Under the pieces are notes generated by a model, which saw nothing but the letters and a program-made list of their open reading frames with translations, was not told the DNA's origin and ran no database searches. The translations under genes were made by a program, and so were the position numbers. A stretch of DNA of 43,888 nucleotides, the filler included, from Archaeoglobus sp. JdFR-37 (lineage in GTDB: Archaea; Halobacteriota; Archaeoglobi; Archaeoglobales; Archaeoglobaceae), in NCBI GenBank assembly GCA_002010215.1. It is 8 parts of 8 records of this genome, joined end to end, with 100 filler letters (N's around TTAATTAATTAA, not from the genome) between each part and the next. Parts side by side here need not be neighbours in the genome. Positions count along the whole stretch, not along the records: positions 17,454 to 22,914 come from MTMY01000046.1; positions 23,015 to 28,207 come from MTMY01000036.1; 6 more parts are not named here. One strand, given 5' to 3'. Positions 19,036 to 28,307 of the stretch are shown one piece after another (position 1 is the first letter of the stretch; every line of letters starts with the position of its first letter).

Positions 19036-20154
19036 ATGAGGATCGTCCACATTTCTGACGTCCATTTCGGATTTGAATTGCTCAAGGATAAGGTTGAAAA
19101 AGCAATAAAGCAGATAAACGATCTCGAACCTGATATAGTTGTTCTAACGGGAGATATAAGTCTCTGGGGAATTCATCATGAGTTCAGGGATGCATATGAG
19201 ACTTTTTCAAACCTGAAGCCAGATCTTTTCGCCATACCGGGAAACCACGATGCAAGAAATGACGGGATTAAATACTTCAGACTTTACTTTGGAAAGCACA
19301 GGAAGGTTTTGAAGATTGATAACGCCGTCTTTATTGGAGTCGACAGTACACTACCAGACTCAGACGATGGTTACATCGGACCAGAACAGAGAGAGTGGAT
19401 TGCAAAGAAAGTCAGGGAGAACTGCATCAACATAATCGCAATGCATCACCATGTCGTGCCAGTTCCCCATACAGGAAGAAACATGAATGTTCTGATAGAT
19501 GCAGCCGAGACCGTGGAGGCATTAACTCTACACTGCCATGGAGGAATTGTTCTCGCAGGCCACAGACATGTGCCTTACTCCACAAAGCTCCTTAGAACCC
19601 ACATTATCCATGCTGGGTCCCTGAGCTCTTATAAGGTGTTGATGCCAGATAACAACTACAATATTATTGAAATTGGGGAAGGGGAGATATCTCTGAAACT
19701 TAGATTCTTGGACCTGGGGGAAATAGAGATAGGGAAGTTTAGGCTGAAGCCGGAAACTCCAGAATCTCTGCTGAAATATCACAGACTGACCTCAACAAAA
19801 AAGGTCCTCTTTGTTTCGAGAAGAAACGCCTGCAGGACAAAGATTGCTGAAGCTTTGTTTAACAGAATATCTCCCGATAACATGCATGCCATAAGTGCTG
19901 GAACCGAACTTGCAAATGATGTTGACTTCTTGGCTTCAAAGATCATGGGAGAGATGGGACTTCCTTTGACAAGACCGAGAAAGTTGAGCAGTGATTTGTT
20001 GGAGGATGCCGACTACATCGTTTCACTCGATGAAGATATCAGGGCGGATGAGTTCTGGGATATTAATACGCCAAAAGATGAGGATGAATGCAGGAAGGTG
20101 GTCAAAGAAATTGATGAAAGGGTTAGAGAACTGGTAAGAAAAATTTTAATTTAA
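19036..20154 (+). CDS. Calcineurin-like metallophosphoesterase fused to an LMW-PTP/ArsC-like domain
   Basis: HISDVH, TGD, PGNHD, MHHH and AGHRH, then KKVLFVSRRNACRTKIAEALF...ISAGT. Confidence 0.85.
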   Translation: MRIVHISDVHFGFELLKDKVEKAIKQINDLEPDIVVLTGDISLWGIHHEFRDAYETFSNLKPDLFAIPGNHDARNDGIKYFRLYFGKHRKVLKIDNAVFIGVDSTLPDSDDGYIGPEQREWIAKKVRENCINIIAMHHHVVPVPHTGRNMNVLIDAAETVEALTLHCHGGIVLAGHRHVPYSTKLLRTHIIHAGSLSSYKVLMPDNNYNIIEIGEGEISLKLRFLDLGEIEIGKFRLKPETPESLLKYHRLTSTKKVLFVSRRNACRTKIAEALFNRISPDNMHAISAGTELANDVDFLASKIMGEMGLPLTRPRKLSSDLLEDADYIVSLDEDIRADEFWDINTPKDEDECRKVVKEIDERVRELVRKILI

Positions 20155-20166
20155 ACGCACGTCACG

Positions 20167-20282
20167 TGGGAGGCGGACAGAGACTACAACGCCTCCCTGA
20201 ACATACTGGAGTGGGGCTGGGACGGTCCCTGACTGTGGAGGGGGACCCTCTACACTACTTGCCAGATGGGTTCATGGCAATT
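20167..20282 (+). mobile_element. tnpB: IS200/IS605-family tnpB 3' remnant
   Basis: Manual translation WEADRDYNASLNIL then (frameshift) VGLGRSLTVEGDPL, the RuvC-III motif and tail of TnpB. Confidence 0.75.
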
Positions 20283-20332
20283 CAATGCTCACTATTACCT
20301 AATTCTTCTTCAGGATTTCAGGAAAACTCCAC

Positions 20333-20674
20333 TCACAGAAATTCTCTCGAATACATAATTATAAATACGCCAACCAGCACCACCAAGGCACCTATCACAT
20401 CGTACCTGTCTGGAACTATTCCGTCAATTTTCCATCCCCATAGCAGTGACATAACAACAAAAACACCTCCATAGGCTGCGTATACTCTCCCAAAGTGAGC
20501 TGGCTGGAACGTGGGAACGACGCCATAAAGGATCAGAAGAAGTGCCCCGGTAACAGCATAAATTATCTCCCTGCCTTCTCTCAGCCACAACCAAACCCCG
20601 TAACCGCCACCTATTTCAAAAATACCTGCAATTATGAAGAATATGGCTGATTTGAATATCTTCAAGGCATCCAT
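20333..20674 (-). CDS. ynfA: YnfA/UPF0060 SMR-like membrane protein
   Basis: EIGGGYGVWLWLR and FGRVYAAYGGVF...PDRYD. Confidence 0.92.
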   Translation of the reverse strand: MDALKIFKSAIFFIIAGIFEIGGGYGVWLWLREGREIIYAVTGALLLILYGVVPTFQPAHFGRVYAAYGGVFVVMSLLWGWKIDGIVPDRYDVIGALVVLVGVFIIMYSREFL

Positions 20675-20903
20675 GTCTCAGCTTTAACGAACTTCATTAA
20701 TATTTGTATTGAACTGTTGTGGCCTAACGCTAATGGAAGAATGCAAGAGTCTTAACTCTCTTTTTCGGAGAACAGCTCAAATTTAGATTTGAACAATTCA
20801 GTAATCATGGTTTTCGGGCAATCAGAAGTTGGAGATAAGGGAAGGGGAAAGATTTGGAAAGGTATGGAAATCAATTTATATTATACCCTTCAGATTAATT
20901 TGC

Positions 20904-22241
20904 ATGAAAACTGTCATTCTCGCTGGTGGTAGTGGAACTAGGCTCTTTCCCATAAGCAGAGAATATTTTCCAAAGCAGTTTATCAGGTTCTTCGATTCTC
21001 GATCTTTATTTCAGAAAACTGTTGAAAGAGCGCTAAAGCATTCTAATCCCGACGAGATTTTTGTGGTCACCAACACCAAGTACAAGTTCATTGTTAAAGA
21101 ACAGCTGGACGAGCTTGGTGTTAAATGTAGAATAATGGAGGAACCTGAAGCCAAAAATACGCTTCCAGCAGTGGTTTGGGCTGTTAAAGATATGAAAGAT
21201 ACGGTGTGTGTCCTTCCTTCAGACCATCTGGTTGGAGAAGATGATTATTTGAAAGCTGTCAGAAGTGCAGAAAAAATTGCTGACAGGTTTCTGGTAACAT
21301 TCGGTGTGAAACCAGATAGGCCCCATACTGGCTATGGTTATATAAAGCCTGGAGAGAGGCTAGGAGAGGGATTTAGAGCTGAAAAGTTCGTGGAAAAGCC
21401 AGATAAGGAGACTGCAGAACGTCTGATACAGGAGGGCTACCTCTGGAACAGCGGAATCTTTGTCTTCTCTGCAGAACTCTTCATGGAGGAATGCAGGAAG
21501 TACGAGCCAGAAGTTTACAATGCTTTCCTGAATAGCAGTGTTGAGGAAGCTTACAAGACTTCACCTGAAATTAGCATAGATTACGGGATAATGGAAAAGA
21601 GCAACAGGGTCGCTGTCGTTCCCCTGAATGCTTTCTGGAGTGATGTTGGGAGTTTTGATGCCATCTATGACATCTGGAGCAAGGATGGTGACAAAAATGC
21701 TGTTAAAGGTGAGTTCATTGGGATAAATGCCCAAAACAATCTTGTCATTTCTGATAGGTTGATAGCAGCAATAGGTATAAGCGATTCGGTGATTGTTGAC
21801 ACAAAGGATGTTCTTCTGATTTGTAGTAGGGGTGAGACACAAAAGGTGAGAGATGTTGTAAAAATCCTGAAAGAGAAAGAGGATGAGAGAGCGTATTATC
21901 ACAAAACCATCCATCGTCCGTGGGGTTCATTCACCATATTGGAAGAAGGGCAGTTCTACAAAATTAAGAGAGTGACCGTTAAGCCGGGAGCAAAGCTTAG
22001 CCTGCAAATGCACATGCATAGAAGTGAGCACTGGGTTGTTATAAAGGGGATGGCTAGGGTGAAGATCGGTGATAAGGAATTTTTCTTGAGGAACGGAGAA
22101 TCAACTTTCGTTCCATCGGGCACTGTTCACCGATTAGAAAATCCCGGATTGCTGCCTTTAGAAGTCATAGAAGTATCTATAGGCGAATACCTAGGTGAGG
22201 ACGATATAGTGAGGTTTGATGATGAGTACGGAAGAGATTAG
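20904..22241 (+). CDS. manC: Mannose-1-phosphate guanylyltransferase / mannose-6-phosphate isomerase
   Basis: VILAGGSGTRLFP.SR..PKQF, FVEKP, WNSG, WSDVGSF and cupin RPWG...HRSEHW. Start placed at the ATG of MKTVIL. Confidence 0.95.
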   Translation: MKTVILAGGSGTRLFPISREYFPKQFIRFFDSRSLFQKTVERALKHSNPDEIFVVTNTKYKFIVKEQLDELGVKCRIMEEPEAKNTLPAVVWAVKDMKDTVCVLPSDHLVGEDDYLKAVRSAEKIADRFLVTFGVKPDRPHTGYGYIKPGERLGEGFRAEKFVEKPDKETAERLIQEGYLWNSGIFVFSAELFMEECRKYEPEVYNAFLNSSVEEAYKTSPEISIDYGIMEKSNRVAVVPLNAFWSDVGSFDAIYDIWSKDGDKNAVKGEFIGINAQNNLVISDRLIAAIGISDSVIVDTKDVLLICSRGETQKVRDVVKILKEKEDERAYYHKTIHRPWGSFTILEEGQFYKIKRVTVKPGAKLSLQMHMHRSEHWVVIKGMARVKIGDKEFFLRNGESTFVPSGTVHRLENPGLLPLEVIEVSIGEYLGEDDIVRFDDEYGRD

Positions 22242-22425
22242 CATTCAATGCCCGGTGTGCAGGAGGGAGCACATTTTTACAAAGGATGTGCAGGAGTTTC
22301 ACTGCAGAGGAAAACACTTGGTTTTATTCTCAGACAGGCACGGGTGGAGATTGATGGAGGTCAGAAAAATAAGCGAAAAGGAAGACAGGGAACTAGATAA
22401 AATATGGGGTTCTTCGGAGGAGTAA
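22219..22425 (+). CDS. Small putative zinc-binding protein
   Basis: CPVC...H...HC. It overlaps the manC stop and has a GAGGT RBS. Confidence 0.55.
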   Translation: MMSTEEISIQCPVCRREHIFTKDVQEFHCRGKHLVLFSDRHGWRLMEVRKISEKEDRELDKIWGSSEE

Positions 22426-22446
22426 AAATACAGAGTTAACACAGGG

Positions 22447-22596
22447 TTACTTCCCTCTCCTCTCCTTTGATTTTGGCCTCAATCCTTTATAACCGCATTT
22501 TCTGCACACTTTCGCCTTGATAGGATTCCTGGCGTTACATCTCATGCATATCTTAACGTTAAAGAGCCTTTTTTCAGCCTCTGGAAATCTTGCCAT
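22447..22596 (-). CDS. rpl40e: 50S ribosomal protein L40e (49 aa, absent from the ORF track)
   Basis: Manual translation [49 protein letters not shown]. Confidence 0.96.
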   Translation of the reverse strand: MARFPEAEKRLFNVKICMRCNARNPIKAKVCRKCGYKGLRPKSKERRGK

Positions 22597-22739
22597 GCTA
22601 CCCCGCCTGAAGATGGTTATTTAAGGCTTGCGCCTTCGGGAGATGAACCGTTTGATGACTCCGCTTCTCAAGTTTTGCTAATCAAGATAACATCAGGAGT
22701 AAAATTTTTAATACTATTTTGAACTTAATTATAAGTATA

Positions 22740-22914
22740 ATGAGCCAGAAAATCCTTTTCAGTGTTTTGGTGATAATCTCACTATTATTTATCGCCCTGT
22801 ATCCTGGTACATACTCAGTCCTCCAGGGCACCCACACTATCCTGAACATCTCATCTCCAGCCAACGATGTAACATGCACATCCTGCCACTCAAAAATCGC
22901 TGCCGAGTTCAACA
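22740..22914 (+). CDS. Secreted c-type cytochrome, N-terminal fragment (probably multiheme)
   Basis: Signal peptide, then G.H...N.S...ND.TCTSCH (CxxCH). Truncated by the contig end. Confidence 0.75.
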
Positions 22915-23014
22915 NNNNNNNNNNNNNNNNNNNNNNNNNNNNNNNNNNNNNNNNNNNNTTAATTAATTAANNNNNNNNNNNNNNNNNNNNNNNNNNNNNN
23001 NNNNNNNNNNNNNN

Positions 23015-23124
23015 TACGCTGCATAAACATCAATTCCCGCCTCAATAGCTCCTCTTGCAATAGCCTCGTTTCCAAGCAGGAAAACCCTCTCACCTGGAGA
23101 ATCCTTGATGACGTCCCTTATCAT
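23015..23124 (-). CDS. iorA: Indolepyruvate:ferredoxin oxidoreductase alpha subunit, N-terminal fragment
   Basis: Manual translation MIRDVIKDSPGERVFLLGNEAIARGAIEAGIDVYAA. Confidence 0.85.
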
Positions 23125-23237
23125 ACTCTAACAATGTTCGATAATCATTTAAAAAGTTTTGGATAATGTCAACCCCATATAAAACATAATGCGACTTTCA
23201 GTAAAATTCATATACTTTTGAGGGAACATCTGGAAGG

Positions 23238-23825
23238 ATGACGGAGCTCAATGTTCTTCTAGTAGGAGTTGGGGGACAGGGAATACTCACTACATCTGCC
23301 ATTCTTGCAAGGGCTGCTTTGAGAGCCGGAATAAATGTTGTGACTGCCGAAACCCATGGAATGGCCCAGCGTGGTGGGAGTGTTGAGGTTCATGTAAGGT
23401 TTGGTGATGTTGATTCTCCGCTCATCCCCTATGGAAGTGCTGACGTTGTTGTGGCTCTAGAGCCTGTTGAGGCTTTGAGATACGCTCAGTACATGAATGG
23501 TAAAACCCTCGTGATTTTGAATGACCGCCCGATTGTTCCGCCAACGGTTTCAACTGGATTGGCAACGTATCCGGAACTTGATGAGATTCTCAGCAAGCTG
23601 AAAGAGGTGACGGAGAACATTAAGGTTGTGAGTGCATCGAAGATCGCTGAAGACATTGCTGGAACTGCTCAAGCTACTAATGTTGTTGTTATCGGAATGC
23701 TTGCAAAGCTTGTGGAACTTCCATTCAGCTATGAAACCATCGAGGAGGCTTTGAAGGAGGTTCTCCCCGAAAGGCTCCATGAAGCGAATTTGAAGGCTCT
23801 TAAAGCAGGATTTGAGAATTTTTGA
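23238..23825 (+). CDS. iorB: Indolepyruvate:ferredoxin oxidoreductase beta subunit
   Basis: GVGGQG, ETHGMAQRGGSV and LEPVEALR. Confidence 0.93.
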   Translation: MTELNVLLVGVGGQGILTTSAILARAALRAGINVVTAETHGMAQRGGSVEVHVRFGDVDSPLIPYGSADVVVALEPVEALRYAQYMNGKTLVILNDRPIVPPTVSTGLATYPELDEILSKLKEVTENIKVVSASKIAEDIAGTAQATNVVVIGMLAKLVELPFSYETIEEALKEVLPERLHEANLKALKAGFENF

Positions 23826-23845
23826 GAATTAGCGGGGGTATGGGA

Positions 23846-25834
23846 ATGGGAGCAATGGAAGTAAAAACAATCTGTGTTTTGGGAGCCGGAGCGATGGGTC
23901 ATGCCATTGCCGAACTCGCTGCTGTCTCCGGCTTTAATGTGAAATTGAGAGATATAAATGAAGAACTCGTCCAGAAAGGTTACCAGAAAATAAAAGAGAG
24001 TCTTGAGAGAGACCAGAGGAAGGGCAGGCTGAAGGAGGATATTGAAACCATTCTTTCCAGAATTCAGCCTGTTGTGGATTTGAGGGAAGCTGTCCAAGAT
24101 GCAGACATGATTATTGAAGCCATCCCCGAGATCATGGATTTGAAGGGCAAGGTGTTTCAGGAGTGTGAGGAGTACTGCAGCGAAAATACCATTTTTGCAA
24201 CTAATACTTCATCCCTCAGCATCACAAAGCTGTCTGAGTACCTGAAAAAGCCTGAGAGGTTTATTGGGCTCCATTTCTTCAACCCGCCCAAGGTGATGAG
24301 GTTAGTAGAGATAGTATATGGCAAGCACACCAGCGAGGAGACCGTGAGGGTTACAGAAGAGGTTTCAAAGAAAATGAACAGAGTAATAATCCACGTAAGA
24401 AAAGACGTTCCAGGTTTCGTTGTAAACAGAATTTTTGTGACCATGGCTAATGAAGCTGCCTGGGCTCTTGAGAAGGGTGAGGGGAGTGTTGAAGAGATAG
24501 ATTCAGCTGTTAAGTATAAAATGGGGCTGCCGATGGGGCTTTTCGAACTCCACGACCTGCTTGGCGGAGGATGCATTGACGTCAGCTACCACGTGCTGGA
24601 GTATTACAGAGAGACCTTAGGCGAGTCCTATAGACCTGCTCCTCCCTTTGAGAGGCTCTTCAAAGCAGGACAGTTGGGGAAGAAGAGCGGAAAGGGCTTC
24701 TATGACTGGAGCGAGGGTAAGCGTAATGAGGTGCCGTTGAGGGCAGGAGCAAAATTTGATACCTTGAGATTGCTTGCCCCAGCAGTAAACGAGGCTGCCT
24801 GGCTGATTGAGAGAGACGTTGCAACGCCTGAAGAGATAGATTTAGGTGTCATTCACGGCCTGAATTATCCCAGAGGCCTTCTCAGGATGGCAGATGATGT
24901 TGGATTAGATAAAATAGTCAGAAAGCTTGAGGAACTCTACTCAGAATATGGAGAAGAGAGATACAAACCCAATTCGGTTCTGCTGAAGATGGTTGAAGAG
25001 GGGAAGCTGGGCAGGAAAAGTGGAGAGGGATTCTTCAGGTACGGCAGAGGGCTTTACGAGTTCGTTAAGGTTAACGTGGACAGGGAGAAAAAGATTGCCT
25101 TCATAACCCTCAGCAGACCCCAGAGAGCCAATGCACTGAACCCGACATTTCTGGATGAGATTTACGATGCTCTGGAGATGATGGAGGATGATGGAGATGT
25201 TAGGTGTGTTGTGATAACCGGAGAGGGCAGAAACTTCTGCGGAGGAGCGGATATGGCAGTATTCGCCCAAGGGACTGCTGATGCCATGCTGGAGTTCAGC
25301 GAGAAGGGACATAAAGTGTTCACAAAAATTGAGACTCTCTCCAAACCAGTCCTAGCGGCCATCAATGGGCCTGCTTTAGGTGGGGGATTTGAGCTCGCTC
25401 TAGCATGTGATTTAAGAATAATGAGCAAGAGAGCATTTCTTGCACTTCCTGAACTAAATCTGGGACTGTTTCCGGGATGGGGTGGGACGCAGAGACTGGT
25501 TTTCCTGATTGGAATGTCGAGGGCGAAGCAGGTAATCATGATGAAGGAGAACATAGATGCCGAAACAGCTCATGCATGGGGAATTGCCAATTACATAGTC
25601 GAGCCGGAGAAGTTCAATGAATTTGTGGTGGAAACTGCATCGAAGCTTGCAGAAGGGCCGCCACTTGCCTACAAGCTTGTGAAAAGAACCATGTACTACG
25701 GCAACCAGCATCATTTGAGAACTGGCCTTTACATCGAAGCAGCTTCAGGCGGCAATATTGCCACGTCTGACGACGTAGCAGAGGGTATTATGGCATTTAT
25801 GTACAGACGGAAGCCCGATTTTAAGGGGAGATGA
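23846..25834 (+). CDS. 3-hydroxyacyl-CoA dehydrogenase / enoyl-CoA hydratase fusion
   Basis: GAGAMGHA, ATNTSSL, GLHFFNPP, crotonase FCGGAD, GGGFELALACD and PELNLGLFPGWGGTQRL. Start is uncertain among 23840, 23846 and 23855. Confidence 0.95.
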   Translation: MGAMEVKTICVLGAGAMGHAIAELAAVSGFNVKLRDINEELVQKGYQKIKESLERDQRKGRLKEDIETILSRIQPVVDLREAVQDADMIIEAIPEIMDLKGKVFQECEEYCSENTIFATNTSSLSITKLSEYLKKPERFIGLHFFNPPKVMRLVEIVYGKHTSEETVRVTEEVSKKMNRVIIHVRKDVPGFVVNRIFVTMANEAAWALEKGEGSVEEIDSAVKYKMGLPMGLFELHDLLGGGCIDVSYHVLEYYRETLGESYRPAPPFERLFKAGQLGKKSGKGFYDWSEGKRNEVPLRAGAKFDTLRLLAPAVNEAAWLIERDVATPEEIDLGVIHGLNYPRGLLRMADDVGLDKIVRKLEELYSEYGEERYKPNSVLLKMVEEGKLGRKSGEGFFRYGRGLYEFVKVNVDREKKIAFITLSRPQRANALNPTFLDEIYDALEMMEDDGDVRCVVITGEGRNFCGGADMAVFAQGTADAMLEFSEKGHKVFTKIETLSKPVLAAINGPALGGGFELALACDLRIMSKRAFLALPELNLGLFPGWGGTQRLVFLIGMSRAKQVIMMKENIDAETAHAWGIANYIVEPEKFNEFVVETASKLAEGPPLAYKLVKRTMYYGNQHHLRTGLYIEAASGGNIATSDDVAEGIMAFMYRRKPDFKGR

Positions 25835-25837
25835 TTT

Positions 25838-27034
25838 ATGAGGAGAGTCGCCATTGTAGGAGCGGGAATAACAAAATTTGGAGTTAGAGAAGCAAGCTGG
25901 AAAGATCTTGTGCAAGAAGCAGGAAAAGCAGTATTTGACGACATTCCAAACCTGGATAAAAAGGATATTGACTCCCTTTTCGTTGGAGCAGCTCAGCCCG
26001 AACGCTGGGTTTTCCAGACTCACGTTGCACCACTGGTGGCTGAACTGCTTGGAATAAACGTTACGAGGGCAATAGCAAGGACTGAAGTTGCCTGTGCAAG
26101 CGGTCAGGCAGCGATACGCTACGCATGGCTTTCCATAGCCACAGGCCTGAGCGACGTTGCACTTGTGCTGGGAGTGGAGAAGATGAACACCAAATTCATG
26201 AATGTCAGCCAGTCGAGCATGATAAATGTTGGCAATAGGGAGTTTGATGGGGCAAACGGTTTTACAGCTCCTCCCTTCTTCGCTCTGGCAGCTCAAAGGC
26301 ACATGCACGATTATGGGACGACGAAGGAGCAGCTTGCCATGGTGAGGGTTAAGAATGCCGAATACGGCTCCTACAACCCCTATGCACAGTTCCAGAAGAA
26401 AGTGACAGTTGAGAAAGTGCTTGAATCCAGAATGGTGGCTCCACCCCTCACCCTCTTCGACTGCAGCGCCATAACTGATGGGGCTGCAGCCCTCATTCTG
26501 GCCAGCGAGGAGAAAGCGAGGCAGCTCACCGACACACCCGTCTGGATTCTTGGCGGGGTTCAGCATGTCGATGCAGCTCACACCACCAACCAGATGGGAG
26601 ACTTGAGCGAATGGGTGGCGTTGAGGAAGGCTGCCAAAGACCTCTACAGCATGGTTGGTATTGAAGCGAAGGACATTGACATTGCAGAAGTCCATGACTG
26701 CTTCACAATCAGCGAGATTATCGAATACGAGGAGCTCGGGTTCTGCAGGAAGGGAGAAGGCGGGAAGTTCATCGAGGAAGGAGAAAGCTACATAGGCGGA
26801 AAGGTTGCCGTTAATCCTGGAGGCGGCCTACTCTCCAATGGGCACCCCTTGGGCGCTACAGGTATAAGGCAGGCGTGGGAAGTCGTTATGCAATTCAGGG
26901 GAGAGGTTCCAAAGGAGAGGTACGTTGATGGGGCCGAGATTGCAATAGCCCACAACCTCAGCGGGATGGCGCAGCTCCACCATCTGATGGCCTACAGTGT
27001 GAACAAGCCCCAGGATGTTAAGTTCGGGAGGTGA
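25838..27034 (+). CDS. SCP2-type thiolase
   Basis: EVACASG (catalytic Cys), EVHDCF and GHPLGATG. Confidence 0.93.
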   Translation: MRRVAIVGAGITKFGVREASWKDLVQEAGKAVFDDIPNLDKKDIDSLFVGAAQPERWVFQTHVAPLVAELLGINVTRAIARTEVACASGQAAIRYAWLSIATGLSDVALVLGVEKMNTKFMNVSQSSMINVGNREFDGANGFTAPPFFALAAQRHMHDYGTTKEQLAMVRVKNAEYGSYNPYAQFQKKVTVEKVLESRMVAPPLTLFDCSAITDGAAALILASEEKARQLTDTPVWILGGVQHVDAAHTTNQMGDLSEWVALRKAAKDLYSMVGIEAKDIDIAEVHDCFTISEIIEYEELGFCRKGEGGKFIEEGESYIGGKVAVNPGGGLLSNGHPLGATGIRQAWEVVMQFRGEVPKERYVDGAEIAIAHNLSGMAQLHHLMAYSVNKPQDVKFGR

Positions 27035-27540
27035 TGGCTTTGAGAGAACTCAGAAAGCTCAGGAAGCTTGAACTGCCTGATACAGTTCCCCTCTCTCCAA
27101 TTCTGGATCTCTGGGATCAGCAGGAACCAAGCGGGCCTGATGCAACAGGTATCTACGACTTCTATCGGAATCTGGCAGATGGAGAGCTGACGACGACGGA
27201 ATGCAAAGGGTGCGGAAAGCTTCTCTTTCCGCCAGTCATTATCTGCCCCTACTGCAACGGAAACGATATGGAGTGGGTGAGAATTCCAGAGGAAGGGGAG
27301 CTTTACGCTTTCACAGAGCTGAAACTTGGTGCCCCAATCATAGTTGAGAACTACGCCCCCTTCGTGATTGCAATCGCCAGATTCGGCAATTATCCTGAGA
27401 ATGGCGTTCAGCTCAGCGGAATGATGTTCGATGTTCGCTACGAAGACCTTAAAATCGGGGATAAAGTAAAATGGGACATACTCGAAATCGTAGGGCCGGG
27501 AGACAAGGCTAGATACTGGTACTACTTCAAGAAAGTTTGA
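27034..27540 (+). CDS. DUF35 Zn-ribbon/OB-fold thiolase partner
   Basis: CKGC...PP...CPYC followed by an OB fold. Translationally coupled to the thiolase. Confidence 0.9.
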   Translation: MALRELRKLRKLELPDTVPLSPILDLWDQQEPSGPDATGIYDFYRNLADGELTTTECKGCGKLLFPPVIICPYCNGNDMEWVRIPEEGELYAFTELKLGAPIIVENYAPFVIAIARFGNYPENGVQLSGMMFDVRYEDLKIGDKVKWDILEIVGPGDKARYWYYFKKV

Positions 27541-27664
27541 CTGATTTTGATTTAATTTTACTCTTTTACTTCTATTTTTGGGTAACCAAATTGAAACTTC
27601 CGAGAATTCAGAAAAAACACTAAAATTTTTTATGCAAAAACGACTAGTAAAGATTGGTGAGATG

Positions 27665-28009
27665 ATGAGTGAAGCAAAGGAGAAGATCAAAAAAATGTGT
27701 GAGCTCCAGAACCAGCTCGATGAAATAAAAAGTGAAATGGCTGGCTGGAGCGGTGTTGTGCAGTACGAGCTGAACGGAGAGGAATTCTACGTTGTGTACA
27801 ATTCAGATGGAAGCTGTGAGTTTTCAGAGGGCAAGCACGAGTCACCAACCTTCACAATAAAGGCCTCTCCTGATTACTGGCTTCAGGTTCTGGATGGAAA
27901 GGAGGACGCAATTGCTGGCTTCATGATGGGCAAGTACAAGATAGAAGGAAATGTTATGGAGGCCCAGAGGCTGGCTGGAGTTCTGAAGAAATTCCAAGGA
28001 AAAATCTGA
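27665..28009 (+). CDS. SCP2 sterol/lipid-carrier domain protein
   Basis: PTFTIKAS...GKEDAIAGFMMGKYKIEGNVMEAQRL. GGTGA RBS. Confidence 0.88.
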   Translation: MSEAKEKIKKMCELQNQLDEIKSEMAGWSGVVQYELNGEEFYVVYNSDGSCEFSEGKHESPTFTIKASPDYWLQVLDGKEDAIAGFMMGKYKIEGNVMEAQRLAGVLKKFQGKI

Positions 28010-28307
28010 CTTTTATTTTTATTATATCCAATTATTTTACAATTTTTGTTATTAGCTGTTTTGAGGGCAGACATACTGCATAGCAGGATTTTTTATTATT
28101 CATCTTAAATTCTGAAACATCTTGAAGCTTTGTAAATCAATCTGAAACGTTTGGACGCTGCTTAGGCTGACGATTGGCTACCAAACTCCTATTGCCCCTG
28201 AGGAGAANNNNNNNNNNNNNNNNNNNNNNNNNNNNNNNNNNNNNNNNNNNNTTAATTAATTAANNNNNNNNNNNNNNNNNNNNNNNNNNNNNNNNNNNNN
28301 NNNNNNN

